A DNA stretch of 64,000 nucleotides from the NCBI GenBank assembly GCA_032249735.1, contig JAVVHA010000001.1, positions 2,588 through 66,587 of the forward strand. Reading direction: 5' to 3'. Positions 48,504-57,405 of the stretch are shown in pieces; the stretch's first letter is position 1; each line of letters opens with the position of its first letter. The notes beneath the pieces are model-generated. The model did no database searches and was not told the DNA's origin. It saw only the letters and a list, made by a program, of their open reading frames with translations. Made by a program: the position numbers and the translations under genes. The DNA comes from Dehalococcoidia bacterium (lineage in GTDB: Bacteria > Chloroflexota > Dehalococcoidia > SM23-28-2 > HRBIN24).

Positions 48504-49983
48504 AGCGGTAGCGCCACCACATGCCCCCTGCCCAGGCCAAGGCTAGGGCCCCGAGGCCTCCGGATATGCCTGCAAGGGGCAAGGCCAGGGAGGAGGGCCT
48601 ACCCTTGGGCTCCCGCTCCCCCGCCGCCATGGGACGGGTGGCGTTGACAAGAGTGGGGATGGGGCTTGCAGCGAGCCCGGGGGAGGATATGGGGCTTCCA
48701 GGGGTAGGCTGAGGGGCAGCTGAGCCTGGCCCCAGAGCTGGGCTCCTCCCCGCGGAAGTAGCCCCCGTCGGGCGTCGTAAGGCATCGGTGGTGGGGCGGG
48801 CAGATGCTCCAGAGCTGGACGATGGGCTCGCCTGGGGCGCGGTTGGTGATGTCTCATCTCCTCTCATAAGAGGTCCTGGCGAAGGGCTTAAAGGATGGTC
48901 ATCCGTTGTGTCAGGAGGAGTCGTGATTGGCTCCGCGGGGATGGTTTCTTCTAAGACGATGGCATCGAAGTAGCCACGGGCTGGGGCTGCGGAGCGAGGC
49001 CGCATCATGAGACGCACCTTAGCGGTGCGGGCATCGAAGGGGGCTGTCACTGGTCCGGTAGTAAGGAAACGGAACTCGGGCCCATCTTCCACCGCCAGCT
49101 GCGAGTCGTTGGAAGCGATGGCAGTGCCCGAGCCGTCGTGGCTGGCGTACCAGGAGAGGCGCAGCCATAGGGCCTCCGTCTGGGGGTCGTTCTTAAGCAC
49201 ATACCCTGATAGCTGATATGTTTTGCCCCCCTCCACGGATACCACCTGGTAGGCCCACTTAGTGGAGGAGGTATCGCTGTATAGGGCCAGGCTGTACTGT
49301 CCATGGGCAGCTGGCCCTTTGGCCCGCTCCATCCTGCCCCCGTACTTCTGCCAGCCAAAGGGGGTGCCGTCGTCGCGGCCCAGCTCGAAGCTCCCGTTAG
49401 TCAGAGCAGCGAAGACCACCGGTTCCATCACGGGGCCGGAGGTGGGCGTAACTGCTATCGGCGGGAGGATTAGGTCGTCCCTGGGCAACTCCGGTGGTAT
49501 GGGCCCTGGCGGGGGTGGCGCTGGCGGGGCGGGAGCAGGAGTGGGGGTAGGCGTTGGGGACGGCTGGGGACCGGGAGTAGGAATAGGCGTTGGGGTAGGG
49601 CTCGAAAGGCATGTCTCCCCTGCCTCTTGCACCTTCACTATCTCCAGGGATGTAGGCTGCTGATCTGTGGGCTCGATGACACCGTACCTGGCGGAGTGGG
49701 CCCCACAGGGTGCCAACGCCGGGGGTTGGGACTCCCAGCATCCCCCGTCCACATCCTTCCCCCGCGGCCTCTGTTCCGCCAGCTTCTGCCCCATCCCTCC
49801 TTCTAGGGAGAAGAACTGCACCAGGAACTGCACAGATGTAAGGCTACCGCCGAAACAGGCCCTTACGACGTATTTAGCGCCCTCCTCCACCGGGGCCACC
49901 TGAGTGGGCGACTGGCCCTGCGCCACCTGCTGCCATAAGAGGCCCAGAAGAGGGAATATCGCCAAGAAAAAGAGGGCCCTCAT
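48463..49983 (-). CDS. Secreted/cell-surface protein with Pro/Thr-rich linker and C-terminal membrane anchor
   Basis: N-terminal signal peptide; a PTPTPIPTPGPQPSPTPTPTPAPAPPAPPPPGP low-complexity linker; a beta-rich middle region; a second Ser/Pro-rich region; and a C-terminal hydrophobic helix followed by WWRYRSTRTPK. Confidence 0.4.
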   Translation of the reverse strand: MRALFFLAIFPLLGLLWQQVAQGQSPTQVAPVEEGAKYVVRACFGGSLTSVQFLVQFFSLEGGMGQKLAEQRPRGKDVDGGCWESQPPALAPCGAHSARYGVIEPTDQQPTSLEIVKVQEAGETCLSSPTPTPIPTPGPQPSPTPTPTPAPAPPAPPPPGPIPPELPRDDLILPPIAVTPTSGPVMEPVVFAALTNGSFELGRDDGTPFGWQKYGGRMERAKGPAAHGQYSLALYSDTSSTKWAYQVVSVEGGKTYQLSGYVLKNDPQTEALWLRLSWYASHDGSGTAIASNDSQLAVEDGPEFRFLTTGPVTAPFDARTAKVRLMMRPRSAAPARGYFDAIVLEETIPAEPITTPPDTTDDHPLSPSPGPLMRGDETSPTAPQASPSSSSGASARPTTDALRRPTGATSAGRSPALGPGSAAPQPTPGSPISSPGLAASPIPTLVNATRPMAAGEREPKGRPSSLALPLAGISGGLGALALAWAGGMWWRYRSTRTPKPGPDGKC

Positions 49984-50059
49984 ATGAGCTCCTCAGCTAA
50001 TGATGGGTTACCTGATTATATGTAGACAGGTCACGTTATGTGTCAAGAGGGAGCAGCGC

Positions 50060-50428
50060 TTAATCGCCCTCTATATGCTCGAAGCGGCGCCAGACGACGA
50101 TGATCTCCCGATGCCAATGGGCGCGGTGGGCAGGGGGAAGCTTTGGGTGATGGCGTGCAGGCAGCAGGGACCTGGGAGTCGTTATGGACCGCAGGGCCCA
50201 TCGAGCGAGGGAGCGGACAAGGATGGCGGCCGCCCAGTGGCCCAGGGCCCCCAAGGCCAGATAAGCGATGCCCTTAGCCACCAGACGGGCGAGGGGGGAC
50301 GCTTGGGGGCGGGAGGGCAAGCCCGCTCGGGCCCTCACTGGCAGGGGGCGCACCTTCACCGGGGCGCCACAGCGGTAGCAATAGTTGTCCTCCGGGGTGC
50401 AGATGGCCTGGCAAAGGGGGCAGAGCAT
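50060..50428 (-). CDS. Zinc-ribbon membrane protein (hypothetical)
   Basis: An N-terminal CPLCQ...CYRCG zinc ribbon followed by one hydrophobic segment; could be spurious. Confidence 0.3.
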   Translation of the reverse strand: MLCPLCQAICTPEDNYCYRCGAPVKVRPLPVRARAGLPSRPQASPLARLVAKGIAYLALGALGHWAAAILVRSLARWALRSITTPRSLLPARHHPKLPPAHRAHWHREIIVVWRRFEHIEGD

Positions 50429-50446
50429 GGTCCCAACTCCTCACAT

Positions 50447-51262
50447 TTACGCCGTCACGACCCTCTCGATCTCCGGGGTGAGGTCCAGGCCGGGGATGGG
50501 GCGGCCATGGGCGTCCACCACTTGCTTTCGGCGGATGGCCACCCGGCCATCGGCCAGGGCCCGCAATGTCTCCACTACCATGGGAAGTTCGCGGGCCACC
50601 CCGTGGCGTCTTATCTCCTGGAAAAGGCGGTTGTCCTCCCCTTCGACTCGGCGTAGCTCTAGCACCGAGCGTCCCTCCACCTCCTGCCAGAGGGGGTCAA
50701 AGGAGGGGCCGCGGAGGGGGTAAAGGCAATACGCTACTGGCGGGCCTCGGTCCACCTCCGGGGTGGCCAAATGCATGGTCACCCCAGAGCGTTCGGCCTT
50801 CACTGCTATGAGCTGCCAGATGACCTCTTGCCATACCCCCACAGGACCCCCTGGGGGAGCAGGATGAAGGTTCAGTAGGTCGTAACGTTGGCACATGATG
50901 TCGCTGGCGATGAGCATATAGCCGGCCAACACCCCTACATCGAAGGGGTAGGGCTCCAGCAGGCGCATCACCACCTCATCGTATTCGCGACGCCAGGGGG
51001 GCAGGGGCTCGCCTTGCCGCACAGGTGGCAGGCCCCTCTCCTTACGGAAGCGGCGATATGAATAGCACACCAGAGGGATGCCATAGGAGCGTACCAGCTC
51101 CAGGAATCGGTCTGTGTTGGGGTCCTCGCCGGGCTCCCGGTTGCAGAAGACCACCTCGATGTGGGCGCGCAGGCGCCCCGTGCTGATGGCCTCCTGCACG
51201 GCGCGCAGGAGCTTGGGGGAGGTCTGGCCACGGGCGGTGGAGAACCATCCTAGACGCAACAT
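50447..51262 (-). CDS. Formyltransferase-family protein (PurN-like fold)
   Basis: LLNLHPAPPGGP resembles the PurN NIHPSLLP motif, with an N-terminal nucleotide-binding-like region; the function is uncertain. Confidence 0.45.
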   Translation of the reverse strand: MLRLGWFSTARGQTSPKLLRAVQEAISTGRLRAHIEVVFCNREPGEDPNTDRFLELVRSYGIPLVCYSYRRFRKERGLPPVRQGEPLPPWRREYDEVVMRLLEPYPFDVGVLAGYMLIASDIMCQRYDLLNLHPAPPGGPVGVWQEVIWQLIAVKAERSGVTMHLATPEVDRGPPVAYCLYPLRGPSFDPLWQEVEGRSVLELRRVEGEDNRLFQEIRRHGVARELPMVVETLRALADGRVAIRRKQVVDAHGRPIPGLDLTPEIERVVTA

Positions 51263-51265
51263 GGC

Positions 51266-51940
51266 TCACCCTCTGAGCGGGGGCCAGCCAAGGGCCCTTC
51301 TCAGGGCAGCCCAACGGCTGACTAGATGGACCATAGGGGTGGACGGACGCGCTATAAGCCGGGCATCCTTCAGCGCTTCCAAGAAGGACTCAGGGCCATC
51401 GAAGTGGGGCAGCTCAACCATGGAGCGGCCCACCTCCCATGGGGAATGGGCATCGCTCACCGATACCCCTGGCAGCCCATGGGCCTCAGCGAAGCGCTGA
51501 GCGGCCTTGTTGTCAGCTGCCATTATGGTGCGCGCGTTAAACACCTCTATCAAGTCTACATAAGGGAGGATGCGCTCGAGCCCCTCTTGGCCAACCCCTT
51601 TGCGGAAGCGGTCGAAGGGGTGGGGTACCATCACCAGGCCCCCTTGCTCCTTGATGCGGCGTACTGTCTCCTCCAGCGTGAGCCCGGGGGGCACCTCCTC
51701 CTGGAGGAACAGGCCGATAACCTCGCCCTCTTGCGTCCTGATCTCCTCGCCCACGATGACCTTGAAGGGGCAAAGGCGCTCCATGAGGCGGGCACCGGCT
51801 AGGGTATTGTGGTCGGTGATGGCCACGCAGTCGATGCCTCGGTCCAGGCAGGCAGAGACGAAGCGGCCAGGGGAGGAGAGGGCATCGGGCGAATAGTAGG
51901 TGTGAGTATGGAGGTCGGCGCGCAGAAGCTTGGCCTTCAT
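51266..51940 (-). CDS. PHP-domain metal-dependent phosphoesterase
   Basis: ADLHTHTYYSPDA, ITDHN and ...SDAH are PHP motifs. Confidence 0.7.
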   Translation of the reverse strand: MKAKLLRADLHTHTYYSPDALSSPGRFVSACLDRGIDCVAITDHNTLAGARLMERLCPFKVIVGEEIRTQEGEVIGLFLQEEVPPGLTLEETVRRIKEQGGLVMVPHPFDRFRKGVGQEGLERILPYVDLIEVFNARTIMAADNKAAQRFAEAHGLPGVSVSDAHSPWEVGRSMVELPHFDGPESFLEALKDARLIARPSTPMVHLVSRWAALRRALGWPPLRG

Positions 51941-51949
51941 CTCGGCGTC

Positions 51950-52195
51950 CTAGTCGCCCCAATCCTCTTGGGGAAGGGTCGCACCCTCTCCAGTATACAG
52001 CCCCAGCTCCTCCCGCAGGCGGGTGATGCGTAGCTCGGCAGCGTTCAGCATCTCCTGGCAGCGGCGGGCCAGACGCATCCCTTCCTCGTAAAGGCCCAGA
52101 GCCTCCTCCAAACCTAGGCCCCCTGCCTCCAGGCGGGCCACCACCTCCTCCAAGCGGTGGTAAAGCTCCTCAAAGGAAGGCTCCTCAGAAGCCAT
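51950..52195 (-). CDS. xseB: Exodeoxyribonuclease VII small subunit
   Basis: FEELYHRLEEVVARLEAGGLGLEEALGLYEEGMRLARRC is the XseB consensus. The real start is an internal Met; the ORF-track N-terminal extension overlaps xseA. Confidence 0.7.
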   Translation of the reverse strand: MASEEPSFEELYHRLEEVVARLEAGGLGLEEALGLYEEGMRLARRCQEMLNAAELRITRLREELGLYTGEGATLPQEDWGD

Positions 52196-53372
52196 ACTGC
52201 TGGGATACCTCCGCTGGGAAGCACCCATCGACCACGAAGACGTCCAGGGCATCGCCAGGGGCCACGTGGGCCACAGAGGTGACCACCTTGTCACCCCGCT
52301 TCTGCACGATGGCGTAGCCCCGCGCCAGGACGGCCCGCGGGTTCAAGGCATCCAGCTGGGCCCGAAGGCCGTCCAGCCTTTGGCGAAGCCTCTGCATCTG
52401 GAGCTGGCTCAGCTCGGCCAGGCGGTGCCAGAGGCCGGCGAGTCGCTGCTCCCACGCCGCCACGCTGGGGGCATGAGCCTGTAGCCTGGCCAGGGTGTGG
52501 CGCAGCTCTCGCCGCCTCCCATCCAATAGCTGGCCCAGGGCTGTGTCCAGCGTCTGCATGTGGGTATGGATCAGGCGCGCCATCTGCGTAGCATCGGGCA
52601 CCGCCAGCTCGGCTGCTGCCGAAGGTGTGGGGGCGCGTTGGTCAGCCACCAGGTCGGCGATGGTGATGTCCGGTTCGTGCCCCACACCGGCGATGACAGG
52701 GACGCGGCTGGCGAAGATGGCCCTGGCCACCGCTTCCTCGTTGAAGGGCCACAGCTCCTCCCAGGAGCCGCCACCGCGGGCCACGATGATGACATCCACC
52801 CCCTCCTCGTTGAGCCGGCGAATGGCGGCCACGATGCCAGCAACCGCCTCTGCCCCTTGCACTGGCGTGGGGGCCAACACCACCTCCGCCAGAGGCCAGC
52901 GCCGCCCGATGACGTTACATATGTCGTGGAAAACGGCGCCCACAGGGGAGGTGGCTACTCCAATGCGCTGGGGAAAGGGAGGCAATGGCCGCTTGCGGGC
53001 CACATCGAAGAGCCCCTCCTCCTCCAGCTTCTTGCGCACCCGCTCGAACTCTGCCCGAAAGATGCCCACCCCCGCCGCCTCGATGAAGTCGACATAGAAC
53101 TGCAGGTCTCCCCGGGCTATGAAGTAGTCCACCCTTCCGTGGGCTAGGACGTGGTGGCCGTTCTCCAGCGTCGCCGCCCGCCAACGCCCGCCGAACATGA
53201 CGCACCGCACCTGGGCCTGATGGTCCTTGATGGTGAAGTAAAGGTGGCCGCCGTGGCCGAGGCGGATGTTGGAGACCTCCCCTTCCAGCCACAGGTCGCT
53301 TAGGCGGGTCTCAGCCCTGATGGCCTCTTGCACCGTCTGCGCCAACTGGGAGACAGACCAGACCTCTAACAC
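52185..53372 (-). CDS. xseA: Exodeoxyribonuclease VII large subunit
   Basis: OB-fold N-terminus (LWLEGEVSNIR...GHLYFTIKD), a catalytic domain, and a coiled-coil tail. Confidence 0.85.
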   Translation of the reverse strand: MLEVWSVSQLAQTVQEAIRAETRLSDLWLEGEVSNIRLGHGGHLYFTIKDHQAQVRCVMFGGRWRAATLENGHHVLAHGRVDYFIARGDLQFYVDFIEAAGVGIFRAEFERVRKKLEEEGLFDVARKRPLPPFPQRIGVATSPVGAVFHDICNVIGRRWPLAEVVLAPTPVQGAEAVAGIVAAIRRLNEEGVDVIIVARGGGSWEELWPFNEEAVARAIFASRVPVIAGVGHEPDITIADLVADQRAPTPSAAAELAVPDATQMARLIHTHMQTLDTALGQLLDGRRRELRHTLARLQAHAPSVAAWEQRLAGLWHRLAELSQLQMQRLRQRLDGLRAQLDALNPRAVLARGYAIVQKRGDKVVTSVAHVAPGDALDVFVVDGCFPAEVSQQYGF

Positions 53373-53373
53373 G

Positions 53374-53934
53374 TCAGCTTACCCGTTCCAAGTAAGCGCC
53401 GGTGCGGGTATCCACCTTCACCCGGTCGCCTGTGCTGACGAAGAGGGGCACCTGCACCACTAGCCCCGTCTCCAGTTTGGCGGGCTTGGTGCCTCCCTGA
53501 GCAGTATCGCCCTTGACCCAGGGCTCCGTCTCCACCACCGCTAGCTCCACCGCTGCCGGCAGCTCCACTCCCACTACCTGTTCCTCATAGAGCAGGAGCT
53601 CGCAGGGGGTGTTCTCGGTGAGGTAGTAGATGGCATCCCCCAGGACCTCCGAACTCACAGGGAACTGTTCGTAGGTCTCCGTGTTCATAAAGTAGTGGAT
53701 GTCGCCCTCCCGGTAGAGGTATTGGGCGGGCTGTTTGACCACGCGTGCCAAGGGGAAGCGGGTGCCGGCCTGGACGGTGCGCTCGATGATGTGCCCCCCT
53801 CGGATGTCCTTGAGCTTCAGGCGCACCTGGGCCGTCCCCCTCCCCAGCTTCAGGTGGTGGAAGTCTAGCACTCGGTAGATGGTGCCGTCTAGCTCGATGG
53901 CGATCCCACGCTTTAGGTCGCCCGTATCGATCAT
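53374..53934 (-). CDS. efp: Elongation factor P
   Basis: 186 aa; the LKLGRGTAQVRLKL, KPA and ETG motifs. Confidence 0.95.
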   Translation of the reverse strand: MIDTGDLKRGIAIELDGTIYRVLDFHHLKLGRGTAQVRLKLKDIRGGHIIERTVQAGTRFPLARVVKQPAQYLYREGDIHYFMNTETYEQFPVSSEVLGDAIYYLTENTPCELLLYEEQVVGVELPAAVELAVVETEPWVKGDTAQGGTKPAKLETGLVVQVPLFVSTGDRVKVDTRTGAYLERVS

Positions 53935-54031
53935 GGCTCACCTCCTGACCGCCACAGTCATAGACCTTCGGCCCCCATCAGCCTTCTTGCAGCGATATGG
54001 GCCCGGGGCGTGTCGCCCCGCTTGGGCCCCC

Positions 54032-55147
54032 TTATATCTGCAGCACCTTGGGTGCTTTGGATAGCACCCGTACCTTGCCATCCTCCACCACCACCGTGTC
54101 TTCGATGCGCACGCCGCCCCACCCCGGTATATAGATGCCTGGCTCGATGGTGACCACCATGCCCGGGCGCAGGACGTCCTGAGAACGGGGCGCCAGGCGT
54201 GGGGCCTCGTGCACCAGTAGGCCGACGCCATGGCCCAGGCCATGCCCGAACCGCTCCCCGTATCCGGCCTCAGCGATGACCCGGTGGGCCAGCATATGGG
54301 CCTCCTCGCCCGTCATACCAGGCCGCACCAGCTCCTCGGCTGTCAGCTGGGCCGTCAACACGATGTCATAGATCTGTTGCAGACGGCCATCGGGGCGCCC
54401 CAGGACGATGGTGCGGGTAAGGTCGGAGCAGTAACCATCTACCCGTACACCCATGTCGATGACGATGGGCTCGCCCTCCCCAATGGGGCGGGGGCGGGGC
54501 TGGGCATGGGGTAAGGCCGCCCACTCCCCGGCGGCCACGATGGTGGGGAAGGCGAGGCCTTCCGCCCCCCGCTCGCGGGCGTATTTCTCTATCTCCCAGG
54601 CCACCTGGGTCTCCGTCCACCCTGGCTCGATGCGGCAGGCCACGGCTGTGAAGGCCTCGTCAGCCAAGGCCACCGCCCGCTCGATGGCTGCCAGCTCTTC
54701 TGGATCCTTGATTGCCCTCATCTCCTCCACTAGCGGCGGTGCAGGCACCAGCTGGGGCCTTTGATGCGACGGCATAGCGGCCACCGCCTTCTGGATGGCT
54801 TCCAAGGTGGCCACGGTCATGCCTTGGGGCTCATAGCCTATACGTTTACCGGCAAGACCCGCCTCTTGCACCAGATCTGCCCACCAATCCCCTATCTGGC
54901 CCTTGGCAGGGAAAAGGACGAAATGGGGGGCCTCCTTCTGGGCCTGCTCGTAGTATCGGAAGTCCACGGCGATGAACGCCACCTCTTGGCCCACTAGGAG
55001 CCAGCCCACAGAGCCGGTAAAGCCCGAGAGATAACGCCGATTGGCCCCATAAGTCTTGAAGATATCCTCCACAGGGCTCCCCACTAGGAGAGCATCCAGC
55101 CCCTCCTCTGCCATACGCACCCGCAGGCGTTGCAACCTCTCCTTCAT
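54032..55147 (-). CDS. pepP: Xaa-Pro aminopeptidase (M24B)
   Basis: Creatinase N-terminal domain plus an M24 domain with HGLGHGVGL and EPGIY; start placed at MKERLQRL. Confidence 0.8.
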   Translation of the reverse strand: MKERLQRLRVRMAEEGLDALLVGSPVEDIFKTYGANRRYLSGFTGSVGWLLVGQEVAFIAVDFRYYEQAQKEAPHFVLFPAKGQIGDWWADLVQEAGLAGKRIGYEPQGMTVATLEAIQKAVAAMPSHQRPQLVPAPPLVEEMRAIKDPEELAAIERAVALADEAFTAVACRIEPGWTETQVAWEIEKYARERGAEGLAFPTIVAAGEWAALPHAQPRPRPIGEGEPIVIDMGVRVDGYCSDLTRTIVLGRPDGRLQQIYDIVLTAQLTAEELVRPGMTGEEAHMLAHRVIAEAGYGERFGHGLGHGVGLLVHEAPRLAPRSQDVLRPGMVVTIEPGIYIPGWGGVRIEDTVVVEDGKVRVLSKAPKVLQI

Positions 55148-55590
55148 GGTCGCCCCTCGTCGCGCAGGGTAGATACCAGGGCCTCTAGAGCTGCCAGGTA
55201 GCCGCGCCAACCCAGGCCGGCCACCTGGCCCATGACCACATCGGCGATAACGGAGCGGCGGCGGAACCACTCCCGGGCGTGGATGTTGGACAGGTGCACC
55301 TCTACCGTGGGCTTCCCCACCGCTTCCAGGGCGTCCCGCAAGGCGTAAGAGTAGTGGGTAAGGGCGCCGGGGTTGATGATAATGCCGTCGGCTTGTGCTC
55401 CTTCCCTCTGGATGACGTCCACCAGTTCTCCCTCATGGTTGCTCTGGAAAAAGACCAGCTCCACCCCTAGCTGGTGGGCCTTCTGGCGCATCCGATCCTC
55501 CAGCTCGGCCAGGGTGAGGGTGCCGTAGTGCTGGGGCTGGCGTTGCCCCAGCAGGTTCAGGTTCGGGCCGTTGACCACCAGCAAGCGCAC
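55144..55590 (-). CDS. aroQ: 3-dehydroquinate dehydratase, type II
   Basis: LLVVNGPNLNLLGQRQP...SNHEGELVD...INPGALTHYS; a probable GTG start. Confidence 0.8.
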   Translation of the reverse strand: MRLLVVNGPNLNLLGQRQPQHYGTLTLAELEDRMRQKAHQLGVELVFFQSNHEGELVDVIQREGAQADGIIINPGALTHYSYALRDALEAVGKPTVEVHLSNIHAREWFRRRSVIADVVMGQVAGLGWRGYLAALEALVSTLRDEGRP

Positions 55591-55604
55591 CGCCTCACCT
55601 CGCC

Positions 55605-56522
55605 CTATAGCCGCCCCACTAAAGAGCGCAGGAAGTCCCACGTGCGGGCCGTGGACTCATCGTCGGGCCCATCGCCGCCGGGGAATATAGAGGCTAGGAA
55701 GTCGGTCACACCTATGGATGCCAGGTGACGTAAGGCCCCTTCCACCTCTGCCTCTTGGCCTATTATGGCCACGTCCTGAGGCGCCGCAGCGCCCTCCAGG
55801 TCCAGCATGCGGCGGTAGCTAGGGAGCTGGCCGTAGAGCTGGAAGATGCGGGCTGCCCTCTCCCGCGCCGCTTCCTTGTTGGTGGTGAGGGCGATGGGCA
55901 GTCCTACTACGATCCGCGGGTCTGCACGCCCGGCTTCCTCCGCGGCCCTGCGGATGCCCGGGATAACGTGCTGCTCCAGGGCACGGGGGCCGGTCATCCA
56001 CGTGATAGTGCCGTCGGCCAGTTCGCCTGCCACCTTGAGCATGAGGGGGCCCAGGGCAGAGATAAGAACTGGGGGCGCGTCCTTAGGCATTTGCAAGGAG
56101 ACGTTCACTCTAAAGAAGCGGCCTTGGAACTGGGCCTGTCCTTGCGTCAAGAGGGACCGTAGCACCGTCAGGTATTCTCGCATGTAAAGGGCGGCGCGGG
56201 CATAGCTTAAGCCCCACATCTCCTCCACCACCATGCGGTGGGAGGGCCCGATGCCCAGCCGCAGCCGGCCGCCGGTGGCAGCGTTGACGGTGGCCGCTTG
56301 CTGGGCCAGGAATATGGGATGACGCAAGTAGACTGGGATGACTGCCGTGCCCAGCTCGATCTGCTGGGTCCGAGGCCCAGCCAGGGCCAATATGGTGAGG
56401 ACCTCTGGGCCCATGACCTGAGCGAACCAGACCCCCTGAAAGCCATCCTGCTCCGCCTGGACAATGCGCTCTACCGTGGCCCATGGGTCACGGCTGGGGA
56501 ACTGAAAGAGACCGATGCGCAT
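55605..56522 (-). CDS. LLM-class (luciferase-like) flavin/F420-dependent oxidoreductase
   Basis: MRIGLFQFP..., a TIM-barrel LLM signature and LGIGPSH. Confidence 0.7.
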   Translation of the reverse strand: MRIGLFQFPSRDPWATVERIVQAEQDGFQGVWFAQVMGPEVLTILALAGPRTQQIELGTAVIPVYLRHPIFLAQQAATVNAATGGRLRLGIGPSHRMVVEEMWGLSYARAALYMREYLTVLRSLLTQGQAQFQGRFFRVNVSLQMPKDAPPVLISALGPLMLKVAGELADGTITWMTGPRALEQHVIPGIRRAAEEAGRADPRIVVGLPIALTTNKEAARERAARIFQLYGQLPSYRRMLDLEGAAAPQDVAIIGQEAEVEGALRHLASIGVTDFLASIFPGGDGPDDESTARTWDFLRSLVGRL

Positions 56523-56623
56523 CTCTACCTCCTGCGTTTCATGGGTCATGCTACGGAAGGGGGAGGGGGAGTGTCAACGTGTCGCCTTGCCCCTACAGGT
56601 TGGGCTTCTTCACAATTATACCC

Positions 56624-57007
56624 ATGGAGGTCAAGGCTCCCTCTCCCACCCTGGGCCTCGGCTGGCGGGCCTTATTGGTGGGGTTGGCGGGTGGCTTCAT
56701 TAGCGGGCTGGCGGGCATCGGGGGTGGGATCGTCCTGGTGCCGGCCCTGGTGTACCTGCTGGGGTTTGGACAACACCGGGCTCACGTCAACTCCTTGGCC
56801 ATCATCGTGTTGGTGGCCTCATCGGCCCTCGTCCGGTATGGCATCGCTGGGCAGGTGGCCTGGGCGCTGGTGCCTCCCATGGCCCTAGGCGGAGCTGTTG
56901 GGGGCTTCCTGGGGGCTCGCCTCATGGCTAGGCTCTCGGAGCGGGCTCTGCGCCTCTTCTTCGGCCTGGCCATGTTGGCCGTGGCGGGGGTTATGCTGAC
57001 GAGGTGA
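56624..57007 (+). CDS. TauE/SafE (DUF81) sulfite-exporter family, N-terminal 4-TM half encoded as a separate gene
   Basis: GLAGGFISGLAGIGGGIVLVPALV is a DUF81 repeat signature; about 127 aa, roughly half of a normal TauE. Confidence 0.55.
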   Translation: MEVKAPSPTLGLGWRALLVGLAGGFISGLAGIGGGIVLVPALVYLLGFGQHRAHVNSLAIIVLVASSALVRYGIAGQVAWALVPPMALGGAVGGFLGARLMARLSERALRLFFGLAMLAVAGVMLTR

Positions 57008-57405
57008 TGGAGATGGGCCAGTGGTGGATGGAAGTGCTCATAGGGATAGGGGCTGGCCTCTTCAGCGGGCTCTTAGGAATAGGAGGGGGATTTATCGTGG
57101 TTCCGGCCATGGCGCTGCTGTTGGGGGTCGACCAGCAGACGGCTCAGGGAACCGCCTTGGCCATCATCGCGGTCATCGCCCTGGCGGGCACTTTAAACAA
57201 CCTGAGGGCCGGCCTGGTGAGCCTGCGGGGGATCTGGTGGGTGGCCCTACCGGCCATGGCCGCCTCCGCAGCTGGCGCCACGGTGGCCAATCTCCTGCCG
57301 GAAGACGTGCTTAGGCGCATCTTCGGGGCGCTGGTAGCCACAGTAGCTCTCTATATGCTCCACTCTGCCTTGAGTGGGGTTATCTATCCTTCTCGCGGAC
57401 GATGA
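57004..57405 (+). CDS. TauE/SafE (DUF81) family, C-terminal 4-TM half encoded as a separate gene
   Basis: GAGLFSGLLGIGGGFIVVPAMAL is the second DUF81 repeat; its ATG overlaps the stop of the previous half (ATGA). Confidence 0.55.
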   Translation: MMEMGQWWMEVLIGIGAGLFSGLLGIGGGFIVVPAMALLLGVDQQTAQGTALAIIAVIALAGTLNNLRAGLVSLRGIWWVALPAMAASAAGATVANLLPEDVLRRIFGALVATVALYMLHSALSGVIYPSRGR

